Assembly: GCF_030144855.1 (NCBI RefSeq) | Contig: NC_082723.1 | Span: forward strand, 63,240,001-63,304,000 | Length of the DNA stretch: 64,000 nt | Origin: Hypanus sabinus | Taxonomy: Eukaryota | Direction: 5' to 3' | Part shown: positions 1 through 12,476 of the stretch, piece after piece | Numbering within the stretch: position 1 is the stretch's first letter | Layout: the number at the start of each line of letters is the position of its first letter | Notes under the pieces: model-generated | What the model was told of the DNA's origin: nothing | What the model saw: only the letters and a program-made list of their open reading frames with translations | Databases searched by the model: none | Made by a program: the position numbers and the translations under genes

Positions 1-149
1 CTCCAATGCCAGCACATCTTGCCTTATATGAGGAGCCCAAAACTGTTCACAATACTCAACGTGAGACCTCACCAGTGCCTTATAAAGCCTCAGCATCACA
101 CCCTTGCTTTTGTACTCTAGACCTCTTGAAATTAATGCTAACATTGCAT

Positions 150-472
150 TTTTGCCACAAAACTGCAGCTCACTGGACTTTTTTTGTTTCTCGCATCATT
201 CACTGTAACCTCTGTAATACATGAAAATCCCAGGAGATCAGCAGTTTCTGAGATACTCAAACTACCCCATCTGGCACCAACAATCATTCCATGGTCAAAG
301 TCACTTAGATCACATTTCTCTCCCATTCTGATGTTTAGTCTGAACAACAACTGAATGTCTTGACCATGTCTACATGTTTTTATGCACTGAGCTGATGCCA
401 CTTGGTTGGCTGATTTGATATTTGCATTAACGATCAGGAGTACAGCCATACCTGATAAAGTGGCACAGAGCG
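150..472 (-). mobile_element. Tc1-family DNA transposon, left-end fragment (TIR plus N-terminal HTH of transposase)
   Basis: Minus ORF contains MGEKCDLSDFDHGMIVGARWGSLSISETADLLGFS (Tc1 HTH). TIR-like end CGCTCTGTGCCACTTTATCAGG is flanked by TA at 473-474. Confidence 0.85.
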
Positions 473-1129
473 TACCTATGTATCTAGGTGATTCAAGAGC
501 TTGTCTCACTGCTGTCAGTGACTCTGCTTCCATCATCATTTCAGGCCGTATGTTCCAGGTACTCACCACTCTCTGGCTGAAGAAGGTCCCCTCTCATTCC
601 CTCTAAATCTCTTTCCCCTTCCCCTAAGCATATGCCTCCTGGTTCTATTCAAAAAATTCCTGCAGACTACCCAATATATATCCCTCATAATTTTACATAA
701 CTTACTACTGTAGCCTCTTAACCTGCTCCAGACCCAGCCTGTCCTCATGACTAAAGCTCTCCATCCCAGGCATCATCCTGGAGAATCTCCTTTGCACCGC
801 GTCCAGCACAACCACCACTTCCTACACCAGAGAGCATGAATTTCCTGCAGTCTGCACTATGACATGGATGAAACTTATCCAGTGTAGATTATGGGAAACC
901 AGAACAAGAGCTTAACACATCAAAGAATATCTGTGAAGTCGAGAAGCAGACTGAATGTTTCAGTCCGTGATGCTTCACTGGATTTGCGAAAATGTGAAAA
1001 CAGATGTACTTTACTTTGCCAGAAGGGTGGAGAGGGGCTAAGGGAACCCTGACATTCAATACAGGTCTGAGAAAAAAAAACACAACAGTGAATTGAAACA
1101 GAATGATCCAACAACACCTGCAGAGGAAG

Positions 1130-1600
1130 GCTAGTTACCTGGATGTTGAAGTTGTGAGTAGTTTCAAATTCTTGGGCATCAGCATTTTACAGGATCTGTC
1201 CTGGGCCCAACACATCAATGTAATTGTGACAAAGGAACACCAGCAGCTAGACTTCATTAGGAGTCTGAGGGGATTTGGTATGTCACTAAAGGCCCTAACA
1301 AATTTTTACCATGTGTCGGATCTTAAAAGACTGTATAGGGTTATAGATTCAACCAGCTCCATCCACCACACCACTCACCAAAGACATCTTCAAAAGGCAA
1401 TGTCTCAAGAAAGCAGCATTCATCATTAAGGACCTTCACTACCTGGAACACGTCCTCTTCTCATTATTAACACCAGGGAGGAGGTACAGGGGCCTGAAAG
1501 CCCAGACGCAACATTTTAGGAGCACCTTTCCCTCTGCCTTCACATTTCTGAACAGTTCATGAACATTTCACAGCACATGTCAATAATAAACTTGGTTCTA
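1130..1600 (+). mobile_element. Rex1/Babar LINE 3' fragment, degenerate
   Basis: VEVVSSFKFLGISILQDLSWAQHINVIVTK is a Rex1 RT C-terminal motif; ends in an AATAAA-containing tail near 1585. Confidence 0.75.
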
Positions 1601-2479
1601 AAGTAGCCATTGGATGTGTAAGACGTCTCAGTGGAAAACTAAATGTTATCTCGAATTCCTGAGGTTTCTTGTTGAGATTTTTAGAGTGGGAACAGGATGG
1701 AGAATATCTTTCCAACACAGAAGGATGATTCATGTCAATTCCAAGTGGAGCAGTCCCCCCTGCAGCTCATCCTCTCACACACACACAACCTCAACATCCC
1801 CCTTAATTCTACATGTCATTAACCCATCAATCTTCCAAGTTCCAGCGAATAAAATCCTACACTTTGCAACCTCTCCTTATATGTAACTCAGGCCTCCAAG
1901 ACCAGGTAACATCGTGGTAAACCTTGTACAAAGTGACACAAAATACAGTACTGGTTAAGCCAAACTTGGCCAACTAATGCTAATGTCACACTCACATGCG
2001 TGAGCAGTGCTGGTAGCCACACTGTGCAGCTAAGCTAGAGAGGCCACAGAAAAGGTTTGCAAGAATGTTGCCTGAATTGTGGGGCTTGAGTTAGAAGGGG
2101 AAGTTGGACAGGCTGAGACTAGTTTCCTTGGAGTGAAGGAGAAGGAGACATGATCGAGGTCTACAAAATTATGAGAGGCATAGCTAAGGCAGATAACCAG
2201 AGTCCTGTTTCCTATTGCAGAGGAATGTCTAAAATTAGGTTCAATTAGGTTCAAAATTAGGTTTGCAGGGAATCTGAGGGGAAAGTTTTTCCAGAGTACT
2301 TGGTATCTGGAATGAGCTGTCAAAGGAGGTGGTGGAAGCAGGAACAGTAACAACATTTAAGAGGCATCTGGACAGATATTTGAATAAGCAGGATATAGAA
2401 TTAATGCAGGCAAATGTGACTAGTATAGATAGACATGGTGACTGGCATAGACCCAGTGGGTTGAAGAGATTGTTTCTAT

Positions 2480-3830
2480 GCTGATTATCTCAAAGGCATT
2501 TTAGCATGGAATGTCCCATCAGCAGAGATGGAGTGAAGTCCTTCTGGAGCTAGTTTGGTAAGAGGTGGAGCTGAGGTAGCTGTGGGAATCTTGGTCAACT
2601 GCCTATCCTCTGAGATGGAGGTGGTGTCCAGAATGGGGAAGGACACATCCGATATGTGCTATGTGAAAATGAGAGCAGGGAACTGTCAACAAAGAGGTTG
2701 AGTTCTGTAGCAGGGCCAGTACAACAATCAATGTAAGAGAGAATATGGGTAGTGGAGGGGTCCTGAGAATAACTGAATCAAGGACTTTTGTACATAATCC
2801 ACAGAGACAGACACAGGGCATGCCCTTGCAAGTTCTTGTAGATACACCTTTAACTTGGAGAGAGCAGGTCAAGGTTTATCAATGAGCACAGCCTGGATGG
2901 AGAGTGGGTGGTAAAGAGGATGGTCAGGCTTTGGTTCAAGGAAGAAGTGGAGGTCCTCAGACAGTCATACTGTGGGTAGAGGTATAGGGAAACCTAATGT
3001 CCCAGCTGATGATGTCAATTTGAATGAGGGAAAGAAAATTCATAGGTGTCACAGAGCAACTGGATGGGGTTGGAGAGAGTGGGTGAGGAATTATCTGCAA
3101 ACAAAAATACAGGCTGATCGATGAGTCATCACAGAAGCCTAGTTGATGGACGTTGGGGATGTAGAGAGGGTGCCAGATTGAAGAGTATGAGCTGGGAGGG
3201 AGATTGCCAGAGATGAACAAGTAGGTGACTGTCTCAGAGACACGGCCTGATATTCAGTGGTGGGTTCGTTGCCCAATGTAAGTGGTAAGAAGGCAACTGA
3301 GGTTTAACTTTCAGCCTTTCTGAGAAAGAGGCTAGCTCAACCCCATAGAACCGCATCATCTCAGCATTTCTGAGGATGCTGTCAGTGTCAACTCCCCACT
3401 ATTCAGGATGTAAAGGATCACTGGGGACCCGAGTCACCCCAACCACAAACTGTTCCAGCTGCTACCATCTGGGAAACGGTACCGCAGCATAAAAGTCAAA
3501 ACCAACAGGCTCCGGGACAGCTTTTTCCACCAGGCCATCAGATTGATTCATTCACACTGATAGAATTGTATTTCTAGGTTATATTGACTGTTCTGTTGTA
3601 CATACTATTTATTACAACTGACTATAAATTGCACATTGCACATTTAGACGGAGACGTGATGTAAAGATTTTTACTCCTCATGTATGTGAAGTATGGAAGA
3701 AATAAAGTCAATTCAATTCATTGACACCATGCTGGGTATTCAGAGGACTTAGGCTGGACTGAATGAGGCAGTTCGTAAACCAAAGGACTGTAGGTGTAGT
3801 CTGGAGCTTCAGTGGTCACTCTAAACTTCC
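2480..3830 (-). mobile_element. Penelope-like element remnant, interrupted by a Rex1 3' end
   Basis: Purine-rich plus strand resembling the better-preserved Penelope copy at 33865-35790; highly degenerate. Confidence 0.5.
3385..3721 (+). mobile_element. Rex1/Babar LINE 3' end with (CAATT)n tail
   Basis: HPNHKLFQLLPSGKRYRSIK..TNRLRDSFFHQAIRL motif; ends AATAAAGTCAATTCAATTCA. Confidence 0.8.
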
Positions 3831-4419
3831 AAACTCACCCAACATTTCTCTAACATCACCTCAATGATCAGCACCTCATCGTCCTTCCGGGACCACCATG
3901 GGTGACCAACAGTTTCCCTTCCCTCAACAAATGTTGGATATTTCCCTTTCATTTTATTTTTCTGTTTTTCTCTTCTGTGTCTAACAGCTGGAGCACAAAG
4001 TAACAGTTGCCATGGCAACATCCCCCCCCCCCCACCTCCTGCGGCTTAAAGCCGACCTGTTTTCGCACAGTTGATGAAGGGTTACTGAACTGTAACTTTG
4101 ACCATTTTCCTCTCCACGTGTGCTGCCTGATCTGAGTCGCTCCATAAATTTCTGCCTTTGTAACAAATGCCAGCCTGCTGATGACCCAAAACCAAATGGG
4201 AAAGAGAACTCTCGGGAGAACTAACAGTGCCAAAGGATATCATCGGCTGGGCTGGCAAGACTATAACATAGTTATTGAGAGGCTTGTCTTGTGGGGAAAA
4301 CAGCAAAAGATAATACTTTTAAAAAGTTGGAAAACAGTAATGTCCAGATTATCCTTGATGATGAACCTGAGAATTAACCTTCTGATACAGGAGGTACACC
4401 TACTCAATTTGTGGCACCA

Positions 4420-4660
4420 CAGAGGTGTACCAGATAGTGTGACGCTATGACAGCTCAGGGCGTTGGAGTTCAAAGTTCAATTCTGATGCCCTCCATTAGC
4501 AAGTTTGTATTTCCCTTCTTGTGTGCTCGTGGGTTTCCTCCCACAGTCCAAAACTTACCAGTTATAGGTTAATTGGTCACTGTAAGTTGTCTTGTGATGA
4601 GACTAGGGTTAAATCAGTGGCACGGCTCAAAGTGCCAGTAGGGCTTGTTCCAAGTCTTTA
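4420..4660 (+). mobile_element. V-SINE (HE1-like)
   Basis: V-domain core GTGGGTTTCCTCCCACAGTCCAAA followed by GGTTAATTGGTCACTGTAA; same core at 31145-31230. Confidence 0.7.
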
Positions 4661-5673
4661 TACAAAAGTCCCTATCCTTGGGTTAACATGATAATTGGAA
4701 GGCAGGTGATACATTTACAAACAGCAATTGAACTGGGTTTTGTGAAAACAGATCTGGGGTACTGTGTCCTTTGGAAGTAAGGGTTTTTTTAAGCACAGTG
4801 CGGCTGTGTTCATCCACAATGACAAGTGCTTATCTCATGTTGTGACCATGTGAGTGTGTGTGCCAGGTTGTACACATGCATGTGTAATTGTGTGCGTGTG
4901 TGTGACACAGAGAGACATACATGACTATCACAGACCCACCACATTCAGCAAGTATGAGGAATTTTCAAATGGCATGTGATGTGGTGCCACATACACACTC
5001 TCTACAGGAGATAAGGGTGCTGAGGTTCAAGGTAACATACTATGGAATGAAGATTGGTTAACAGAGAGGAAACCATAGGTCATTTTCAAGCTGGGCAGGT
5101 ACAATCAGAGTCAGCACCATTCACAGTCTGTTTCAACGACTGGATGAAGGGACTGAACACAATGTAAAACACTTACTGATGGAACCAAAATGAAAGGGAA
5201 ACTAAGTTATGAGAATAACAACCAGACAAGCAGTGAGTAGGTCAGACACACCTCTAAGAGATTTGCCCTCAGTCTCCTGCTGTCTATAACTCAGTCCCCT
5301 GAGACCCAGCAACATCCTCAAATCTGGTCTGCACTCTTTCCAGCTTAATGGCATCACTCTTTTGGCAAGGGGACCAAAACAGAACACAATATTCCAAATG
5401 TGGTCTCACCTATGTCTTGCAACGTAACATCCTAAATTCTATACTCAATGCCCTGACTGATGAAGCCCATCGTGCCACAAGCCTTCTTCACAGCCATGTC
5501 TATGTGCGATGCCACCTTCAGGAAACCACTCTGAAGTCTCTCTGTTCTCCAACTCTTCTCAAGCCTCACTGTTCACTGTGAAGGTCCACCTTCATTTATG
5601 TTCCCAAAGTGCAACACCCTGTTCTTCTCCTAGTTAAACTCCGTTTGCCATTCTTCAGCTGACCTAGTCAGCC

Positions 5674-6072
5674 CGTCACAACCGGAGATACTGGTTGCTT
5701 GTGCAGGTGGACGGCTGAAAGGAGGTGGCAATCACACACATGAAAATGCACACATTCCGGCCAATTAAGAGCTTTGTTGGAATTGTATGTAACTCTCTTC
5801 ATTTTGCCTCTGTCTTGTCAAGTCCTGATCGAAGCACAATGACGACAATGTTCCCTACTTACCTTAGTCCACATTCCAGGAAAGAGGATTAATGATTTAG
5901 CCAATGTTAAAGGAGCGATATTAATTTAGCACTAGGTTACTGCTTTCGAATGGTAGTGACAGTATTAGTTTGTAATTAGTTTGAGAGTTTTTAGTTAACG
6001 GCTGTTAGCCTACAGTTTCTTATTTTCCTTTGTTCAGTACAGTTCTTACTACAGCTTAGTGAACTGTTCATT

Positions 6073-6113
<41 letters not shown>

Positions 6114-6152
6114 CTCCCCCCCACTTGGGCCATCACTGAACTCCTGTCGGCA
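5674..6152 (+). repeat. 5' LTR of outer chromoviral Gypsy element
   Basis: Starts CGTCACAACC (3' LTR starts TGTCACAACC). Aligns by eye to 9151-9501 plus 16375-16515. Contains a (TC)n tract at about 6078-6111. Confidence 0.8.
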
Positions 6153-6449
6153 ACACTTCACCATCAAAATGGACCCAGCAGAGAGAGAACAGCTGAAATC
6201 GGCCCTGAACTTCATCGGTCAGGTGGGGGAGAAGTTAAAGTCAGTGGAGGCTGGGTGGGTAGAAGTGGCTTCTGCAGTGCAACAACTACTCTCTGAGTTG
6301 CAGGCTCAGTCCGAGCTAGAAGAATAGGTGTCAGCGTTCGTAATCATGGTCCAGCAACTCACAGCAGGCAAGTCAGAATCAGGTGTCAGCCATTACTGCT
6401 CTCACTGCAGTTATTCAGCAGCTGTCTGCCAGGACAGCCCACTTCCAGT

Positions 6450-6805
6450 CAGGGCCGGATTAAGCTAGTGCAGGGCCTGTAGCATATGTTATAAAGGGGC
6501 CCTAATTTTTTTTTTAAATGCACTTAAGTATCAAAACATAAATTATTTACTTGCAAATGTCTGATACTTCAGTAATAGTATTACTTACATGTAGGTATCA
6601 ATTTCATATGTCAAAAGTAACAAAACTACAATTTAAAAGTTAGATTTTCTAGATTTAGCATGAGCAAATTTGTTGATGATATTGGAAATGTCTATTTCAT
6701 GCAGAAATTCATGTTCAATGCTCATTAGAGTGAGATTGTTCGATCTGTTTTGACCCACGGTGTTCCTTAGTTCATTTCGTTGGAGCTGTACTCTCCCAGC
6801 GCCCT
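6450..6805 (-). mobile_element. hAT DNA transposon right-end fragment
   Basis: Terminus CAGGGCCGGATTAA at 6450. Minus ORF RNELRNTVGQNRSNNLTLMSIEHEFLHEIDISNIINKFAHAKSRK matches the hAT C-terminal dimerisation region. Confidence 0.85.
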
Positions 6806-8427
6806 TCAACAGAAAGTTGGCTCCACCCACATTTTCTTTCCCGTCACTTGAGTCCTGCAGTACGCAATTATAATGTCGGGAGCAAAGATCTTCTGACTGT
6901 CAAGGAGGCCCTTGAGGCATTGCAACTCTGGCTGAAGGTGGCAGAGCAACCCCTTCTGGTATGGACAGATCTCAGAAACCTCTCCTACATTCATAATGCC
7001 AAGAGACTCAATTCCTGTCAAGCCCGTTGGACTCTTTTCTTCACCCAGTTTAATTTCACGGGCACATCATCCAGGCAGCAAGAATATCAAGGCCAACGCT
7101 CTCTCCCAGCAGTTGTACATCTCTAAGGAAAATGCCAATCCAGAGCTCATCTTTTGCCACACATGCACCACTGATCTGGTGATTTAGGGAACAGGAGCAG
7201 ATATGAAGGCTGCCCCGGATCTAGGCCCAAGAGGGGGACCTCCCAACTAGCTGTTTATTCCTGCCACTATGCACCCCAGAGTGTTGGGGGGGGGGGGGTC
7301 ACTCTTCCTATCTGGTTGGCCACCTGGGGATTCAACAGAATTCATAAAGAAGCAATTTTGGTGGCAGTCTATGCCCCAAGATGTCCACGACTTCATCTCT
7401 GCCAGTCACAGTTGTGCACAGAACAAGACATCACATCAGCACTCTGCCCACCGCCTGCGCCTCACCGCCCCAGGTCGCACGTCTTGGTGGATTTCACCAC
7501 CGGTGTGCTCCATTAGATGGGAATACTGTTAATTGTGTACCATTCTCTAAAGCAGCCCACCTCACTAACATCCCCAAGCTCCCACCAGCTCGTGAGACAG
7601 CCGCCCTTGTGAGTCAGCTTCCCTCAGGACAGTGTTTGATTGAGGACCACAGTCCATGTGCCATTTTGGGAAGGCTTTCTGTTCTCTTTTGGGAGGCACA
7701 GCCAGCCTCTCAGTAGGTTTTCACTCTAATCTAATGGCCAGACTGAGAGAGTGATTCAGGAGCTGAAGGCAACCCTACACAGCCTTAACTCTCCCAACTC
7801 CACAGACCGCAGCTTCCAACTGATTTGGACAGAGATTCCCCACAATAACCCCCCGTTGTCCTCCACTGACATGTCTTCCTTTGAATGCCAAAAGGGTTTC
7901 TAGCCATCAAGAGACTGATGTGGCAGTCCCTGTTGCTGAACAGTTGGTCCTAAACTACAGGCACACAAGGAGATGGGTTAGGGCTTCTCTGCTGAGTACC
8001 AAGAAACAGCCTGCCGGGCATATTGATCAGCTCTGCCAACAGGTGAAGCCTCTCAAGCCAGGGGTGACAAGTCTGGCTGGCACCAAGAGATCTCACTTTG
8101 AAGGTTGAGAACCACAATGCGGCCCCATGCTACGTGAGACCTTCATTGTGCAGAAAGCTATCAGCAGAGCTTCCTATAGTCTGTGCCTACCATCACCATG
8201 AATATTAACTGAGTGTTCCATGTTTCCCGGTTCAAGACGGTGACTTCCTCCTCCCTTACTCGTCAATTCCCCCTCCCTCCTCCCTGCTTGGTGGATGGGT
8301 CCCTAATCTATTCTGTGCAGCACATCCTGGTATCTTGATGGGTGTGGGGCAATGCCCAGTACCTAGTTGACTGGGAGGAATATGGCCCAGAGTAACATTC
8401 TTGGGTACTGGCTTGATGCATCCTGGA

Positions 8428-9100
8428 CATCCAAGACCTCGCCTGGCTGGGGGTGAGAGGGGCCATCCCAGTCCGATCTCTCCTGTATGCCCAGAACGTC
8501 ATCTCCACACCCTGCTGCCCACAGGAGTCGTCGGTGACCCAACTCTTAGTACACTGTGGGTTCGCAGAGGTGTGGAGGAGGATGGAAGGGGCAGTGTCGA
8601 GGTTCATCCCCAGCAGCTGCGTAACAGAGGACTCTCTGATCTACAAGCTGTTCCTGGGGATGCACACGGAGACCAACATCCGGTGCTGCTGGCAGATCAT
8701 CAACTCGGTGAAAGACTCTCTTTGGTCGGCCCAAAACTTGATGATCTGCCACCATATGGAGATGTCCGTGGGGGAATGCTGCCAACTGGCACATTCTCGG
8801 CTGCAGGAGTACGTGCTGAGGGACGCACTCAAACTCGGTGCAGCCACCGCAAGGGCCTGGTGGGGAAGGACCACAGTCTAGGGTTCTTCTCCCGCTGGAG
8901 TTGAGGGGTGGGGGGGGTGGGGTGTATACCCCTGAACAAGTGTATGTAAATATAGAATAACAGAGTGCCACGTGGGTGGCAAAAAGTGTGAAAATGTAAC
9001 GACAGCAATGGAAACAGTTGTAAAGGATTGAAAGTCATTGAATGGTTTATTGTATATAATTTTATTTTTGAATAAAGTATATTTTGTTTAATAAAAAAAA
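8428..9100 (+). mobile_element. Tx1-clade (L1-group) LINE, 5'-truncated
   Basis: ORF2 C-terminus (8453-8881) with Cys/His finger and CWQIINSVKDSLWSAQN; AATAAA plus poly(A); 8-bp TSD ATCCTGGA at 8420-8427 and 9101-9108. Confidence 0.85.
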
Positions 9101-9501
9101 ATCCTGGAAATCTCTAGTGCCTTGGGAACTGCGCCTAGGGAAGGGGCGCCTGTCACAACCACCGACATTGCCTTGAAATCTGGATGCTCTCTCAGGTGGG
9201 CAGCTAAAAAAAGACAGCAATCACACATGTGAGGATGCACACATTCCAGCCAATTAGGGTTTCATCGGATTGGTAGGTATCTCCCTTCCTTTTGCTTCAT
9301 CTTGTCAAGCATTGATTGAAGCACAGCAACGATAATGCTCCCTGTTTCTCCTTGCTCTACAGTCAGGGAAAGAAGATCAGTTATTTAGTTAGGCACTATT
9401 AACGGAGCAGTATTAATTCAGTTCTAAGTTACTGCTTTCAAGCTGCAGTGATGGCATTAGCTTTTAGTTGGTGGCCCTTTTGACCTAGCATTTATTACTT
9501 A

Positions 9502-10381
9502 TGTAGGGTTCTCAGTAATATTAACTGTAATGTTAACTGTTAACTGCTAATAATTAAATGGCTTCACTGTAATGTTAACTGATGAGGTAATGTTCATTGT
9601 AGCTGAAATGCTTGGGTTATAATTGTAGATAACAGGGAACTAACCAATGGAAGTCATGTTATTCTGTCTGTATGTCTGGGAACCTGGGTGAGTGTGCAGG
9701 AATTTGGCGAGGAGAAGCGAAGAGGAAGGATGTGTGGGAAGCGCTCTGGTAGACCACCATGGCTGGTCCCAGTCCGAGGGTCGAGGAGTTTGGAGGAGAT
9801 TAAATAGTGGAGAGAAGACCCTGTTCCTTGAGCTCCAATGATTGTGCACAAACTATTTAACTCTGATAAGTGTGATGCCCTTTTTCTTTTATATGTGTTT
9901 CTCTACTGAATTGAATTGAATTTCAGTTTATTGTCATTCAGAAATCACAACTGCAACACAGTTAAAAAATGAAACAACGTTCCTCCAGAATGATATCACA
10001 AAAGCACACGACAAGACAGACTACACCAGAAAATCCACATAACATTTGGCAATCCCCAAATCCAGAGTCCGGAGAGGCTGCTGCGTACTAATATTGCGCT
10101 ACCGTATTAGCGCGTTCCCCAGAAAGGAGCTCCAAAGCCACCAGACAAAACAAGACTACCCAGAAACACCAAGTCAGGAGACCAACTCTACTAACCACAT
10201 AGTCACATTAAGATTTATAAAATGTAATCATTTAATCGTACATTGTGTACTGTCTTGATATTTCACATTGTGGGTTTGTGCCGGGGTGCATTACACAGCA
10301 TCTACGCAAACGTGAGACAGTTTGGTGGGCAGATGGCAGTTTCCCCTAGATGAACATGGGTTGATAGAGCTGAGAGTTACA
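9502..10381 (+). repeat. 5' LTR of inner Gypsy element
   Basis: TGTA...TTACA termini, followed closely by a tRNA-Pro-type primer-binding site; includes an insertion of about 280 bp. Confidence 0.75.
9908..10185 (-). mobile_element. 5'-truncated copy of Rex1-tailed non-autonomous retroelement
   Basis: Closely matches 50558-50843; (TTCAA)n tail; flanked by CTCTACT at 9901-9907 and 10186-10192. Confidence 0.85.
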
Positions 10382-10385
10382 TTTG

Positions 10386-10403
10386 TGGGTGCTCATCCGG
10401 GAT
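10386..10403 (+). other. Primer-binding site complementary to tRNA-Pro 3' end
   Basis: TGGGTGCTCATCCGGGAT versus canonical TGGGGGCTCGTCCGGGAT (16/18). Confidence 0.8.
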
Positions 10404-12295
10404 TGAATTCTGTGGAAGCTGTGCGATCACTCTGTTTAAAGTACAGTTGTGATGGCGACAGCCGCATTTCAGCGATAGTGTGTGGCTGCGGGGGTGCCAG
10501 TGAGCAATGCGTGCACGTTTAGGGGGGTGGAGGCTAGTGTATTAGATGAGGTGTTACTCCAAAGTTTGAGTACGGTTAAAGCTGTTGGCAAAGCAGAAAT
10601 TGTATAGCGAAACTTTGATTTTGAGATGGGCACAGGCCTAGTGTTAGTGCAGACAAGCGAGGACATAGGAGGGGCAGAGTTGCTGGAGAGGATCGGTGTT
10701 CCGGGGAGGCGGGACCATGGTGTCTGCAAACTGTCGGGGAGGGAGGGGCCGGAGCTCAGCGAGCTGGGTCGCCAGCGGATGAAGGAGGGAATCTTAGGGA
10801 ATGAATTCTCTCGGTACTGAGGGATGAAGGGAAGGAGTGGTCAGATTTGGAAAATTTGGTTAGTTCCTGTCCCCCAGCAAAAGGCGAGAGTTCCGAGTTG
10901 TCATCTGCCATTACCTCCCTGGCGAGAAAGGCAGAGGGGCGCCACCAGAAGATAAGAGTTTTCTCAGAGGTAACATCCACCCCCGAAGGTGAGGAGGATT
11001 ACGAGACGTGGGTAGAGCAGACGTCGCAGCTGTGGCAGTGCTCGGATGAGGAAAAGCGACAGAGATTGGTTGGAAGTTTGCGGGGAGTGGCAGCTGGGGT
11101 AGCGTGCGGTGTGAAGGATAACCAGCCCTCGGCCACTCTGGATGACTATCTGGAGGCCTTGGAAAGTGCTTTTGGGAGCTCCTCGGGGAGTTTCAAAACA
11201 TGCGTCAGGAGTAGGGTGAGAAGCTCTCCACGTACCTTTTTCGGCTAGAGACAGCTGAATGGGCTGTGGCGCCAGGCGGTCACTCAGGCAGAGGAGGTGG
11301 TTCAGTTAGGGATGGATCAGGTAACTAGGGGTGCCCAGGCTGAGGACAAGACTGCTTGGAGTCTCTGGCAGTCTTATAAAACATGCCCTCTTCCGACGTT
11401 CGTTCAGCTGATCAGAGATGTGAGGGGGGATGAGGCCGCGGGAGGATTCTGACAGCAGGGTGAGATCCTTAGTTGTAGCCCCCGGTGGGGACGGGAGAGG
11501 AGCCGGCTCCACCTGACAACTGATAAAGGAGGTGGTGGCCGAGCTGAGAACTGGGTCAGTAGGGAGGCCCCCCTCCTCAGAGGGCTGCGAGTGGTGGGGG
11601 GTCCATGAGAAGAGGGGTGGCCAGCAGCGTGTGCTATAACAGTGGGGAAGAGGGACACTTCTGGGAATGTGAGCAGCAGGGATCTCTCAGAGGGCGAGTC
11701 CCCGGGCATCCAAGCAGGGAGAGGTGTTGGGAAACTTAGAGGAGACCCAGTGAGGGAATGGCCTGGTGTCTCTGGGGGAACAAATTCCCAGCAATGTACC
11801 AAGGAACCCCTGAAATCAAGAGACTCGATTCCAGAAGGATTAGTGGGACCCCACTCTATCGTGTCACTACGGATAGAGGGAATCTATACTAAAGCCATAC
11901 TCGACACCAGGTTGCAGATCACATTACTATACCGTTCATTTTACAACCAGTATTTAAAGCATTTGCCGTTGACCCTACTCAGTGCGCAGGAGATTTGGGG
12001 CATCAGTGCTAGGGATTATCCGTATGACGGGTACTTGTCAGTGAGACTGGAGTTTTCAGAACCCGAGGTGGGAGTGTCTGACATTCTGGAGACATTAGTG
12101 CTGGTTTGTCCAGACCCGGTAGAGATGGGCGGTGCTTCCCTTTGGTGCAGAGGCTCATGGGGGCCTGTAAGGAGAAGGCTGGTGAGAACTTTTTGGGGAC
12201 CCTGTGTTTTAACCTGCTTTCGAGGAAGTGCGGAGCCACCCTGGGCCAGATACCGAATTTAAACAAGGGACTGTGTGGTGCACCCAGTCAAAGCC

Positions 12296-12476
12296 CATGG
12301 TGAACTACATATACCTGTCTGGACACGCCCCCTGATGACTGCTCCTGTGGCTCCTCCCACAGACCCCTGTCTCCAGGATGTAGTATGGTGGTCAACCACT
12401 ACTTGTTCCTTCTTCCAGTCAATAAAAGCCAATATCTCGCCTTTACGTCTCAGAGAGAGTTATTGATGGTGCATCA
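12296..12476 (+). mobile_element. Short solo LTR inserted in the inner Gypsy pol
   Basis: 5-bp TSD AAGCC (12291-12295 and 12477-12481); contains AATAAA; ends GATGGTGCATCA; homologous to 44941-45138. Confidence 0.85.

Noticed and set aside
6633-6830. Possible ZMYM1-like host gene exon
   Set aside because: Lies next to a hAT TIR inside a retrotransposon; it is a transposase remnant.
10847-11248. Possible domesticated PNMA gene
   Set aside because: Embedded in an LTR-PBS-gag-pol structure with stops and frameshifts.
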